DNA from: Flexilinea sp.
GTDB taxonomy: Bacteria > Chloroflexota > Anaerolineae > Anaerolineales > Anaerolineaceae
Reading direction: 5' to 3'
DNA: 64,000 bases
NCBI GenBank assembly: GCA_029983925.1
Contig: JASBYO010000002.1
Span: forward strand, 5,937 to 69,936
Both the position numbers and the translations under genes were made by a program. Positions 63,046 to 64,000 of this stretch are shown piece after piece. The notes under the pieces were generated by a model that was given only the letters and a program-made list of their open reading frames with translations, made no database searches and was not told the DNA's origin. Positions within the stretch are counted from its first letter, which is position 1, and every line of letters starts with the position of its first letter.

Positions 63046-63651
63046 ATGAATCAACAACTTAAAAAATGGACCATACGGGACGTCATCACCACCGTACTTC
63101 TCAGTATGCTGCTGATCGCGATTCAACTGATCGTCAATCTGATCTGCATGGCGAACGATTTCGTGAGTATGGTCCTATCGATCGGTTTTACGATGTTTAT
63201 CTGCGCGCCGATTTATTTCCTGATGATCAGCCGAATCAACAAGCGCTTCGTCACCATGATTTATATGATGATCCTGGGAATCGTCTTTCTGCTGATGGGG
63301 AATTGGTATTTGCTTCCGTATTTTATTCTAACCGGGCTGATTTGCGAATGGATTCTCTGGAAACCCGGCTCGACAGAAGACCCGAAACGGCTGACAATCG
63401 TCTGGACGCTCGTCAGCCTGCTTTACAATGGCGTAAATCTGCTGCCGATTTGGTTTTTCTGGGATACGTATTACGCTTTCGCAAAATCCAGCGGGATGCA
63501 GCAGAGTTACATCGACGCTTACGTCCGCTACTATACCGCGCCCGGATGGATTCTTTTCATCCTGATATTTACAAGCGCCGCCGGATTGCTGGGAAGCTTT
63601 ATGGGCCGCCGCCTGATCCGGAAACATTTCAAAAAAGCGGGCGTTCTCTAA
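63046..63651 (+). CDS. MptD-family putative ECF transporter S component
   Basis: KKWTIRDVITTVLLSMLLIAIQ... and six hydrophobic segments. GGAGG RBS. Followed by an EcfT-like gene. Confidence 0.7.
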   Translation: MNQQLKKWTIRDVITTVLLSMLLIAIQLIVNLICMANDFVSMVLSIGFTMFICAPIYFLMISRINKRFVTMIYMMILGIVFLLMGNWYLLPYFILTGLICEWILWKPGSTEDPKRLTIVWTLVSLLYNGVNLLPIWFFWDTYYAFAKSSGMQQSYIDAYVRYYTAPGWILFILIFTSAAGLLGSFMGRRLIRKHFKKAGVL

Positions 63652-64000
63652 ATGCGGCTTGAGCCGTTCGCCGTTCCGGTCAAGTTATGGGCGTTTTGCT
63701 GCGTTCTGATCGCCGTGTTGCTGACAAGGAACGGGATCCTGACCTGGACGCTGACCTTATTTGCGCTCGCTTACACCGCGATGCAGCGGCGCTGGAGCAT
63801 CGTTTTATCCTACGGAAGTTTTTACGCGCTGTTGGGCTGCCTGCTCTACGCGATCCGCTTTCATCAACTAAAGATGGCCCTCTTTTCAGAATTTCACCTG
63901 ATCCTTTTCTGGACGCTTTCGCCGATCGCGGTCGTTTCATGGGATTTAATCAAAACGCCGCCAGGTGAACTTTCCGCGTTCCTGAGCCGAATGAAGACTC
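63652..64000 (+). CDS. ECF transporter T component (EcfT/CbiQ family), 5' part only (runs off the window end)
   Basis: The ATG at 63652 is 1 nt after the MptD stop. Hand translation MRLEPFAVPVKLWAFCCVLIAVLL...DLIKTPPGELSAFLSRMK stays open to the window end. Not in the ORF track because it has no stop. Confidence 0.6.
   Translation, partial: MRLEPFAVPVKLWAFCCVLIAVLLTRNGILTWTLTLFALAYTAMQRRWSIVLSYGSFYALLGCLLYAIRFHQLKMALFSEFHLILFWTLSPIAVVSWDLIKTPPGELSAFLSRMKT

Noticed and set aside
1-64000. CRISPR arrays, IS elements, toxin-antitoxin pairs or known defence systems
   Set aside because: Reading both strands, I saw no regularly spaced direct repeats, no transposase, integrase or recombinase motifs, and no nuclease/ATPase defence-type gene pairs. 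The window looks like core metabolic chromosome.

Overview
This is a 64-kb stretch of ordinary chromosome from a moderately GC-rich, apparently anaerobic, fermentative bacterium. The gene content and Pro/Thr-rich surface proteins would fit Chloroflexota/Anaerolineae or a Firmicute, but I cannot determine taxonomy by eye. I call about 60 protein genes, one tRNA-Ser(GGA), one cobalamin riboswitch, three decayed small-enzyme pseudogenes and several hairpin terminators and promoters. I found no transposase, integrase, prophage, CRISPR array or recognisable defence genes. Layout: (1) 0-7 kb holds housekeeping genes (hpf, comFC, an unannotated 49-aa Flp-type pilin, glutathione peroxidase) and a large Cys-rich surface protein. 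(2) 7.6-19 kb is a glycan-utilisation-like locus: beta-propeller hydrolase, NAL/DHDPS-family lyase, HAD phosphatase, Opp/Dpp-type ABC importer, GDPD and a cytoplasmic BNR/Asp-box protein. (3) ldh. (4) 20.7-23.7 kb is an uncharacterised three-gene module: a cytoplasmic SBP-like protein, a UreG/HypB-like G3E GTPase and an orphan ABC ATPase. (5) A ygeY-ygeW pair. (6) An orphan ACP convergent with a SucCD-like pair whose alpha subunit has Leu in place of the catalytic phospho-histidine. (7) An SPFH-HTH fusion with a helical partner. (8) A stand-alone LarC C-terminal domain. (9) A riboswitch-led 16-gene cbiMNQO / anaerobic cbi / btuFCD operon. (10) Amylase, NADH oxidase. (11) A uxaC / LarA-like / SDR / PfkB kinase / gnd operon. 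(12) A TetR-controlled MptD-type ECF transporter module cut by the window end. The most novel-looking items are the G3E-GTPase triad, the uronate operon wired through a LarA-family enzyme to gnd, and the His-less SucCD-like pair. All homology statements come from by-eye motif recognition and recalled reference sequences, not from searches.
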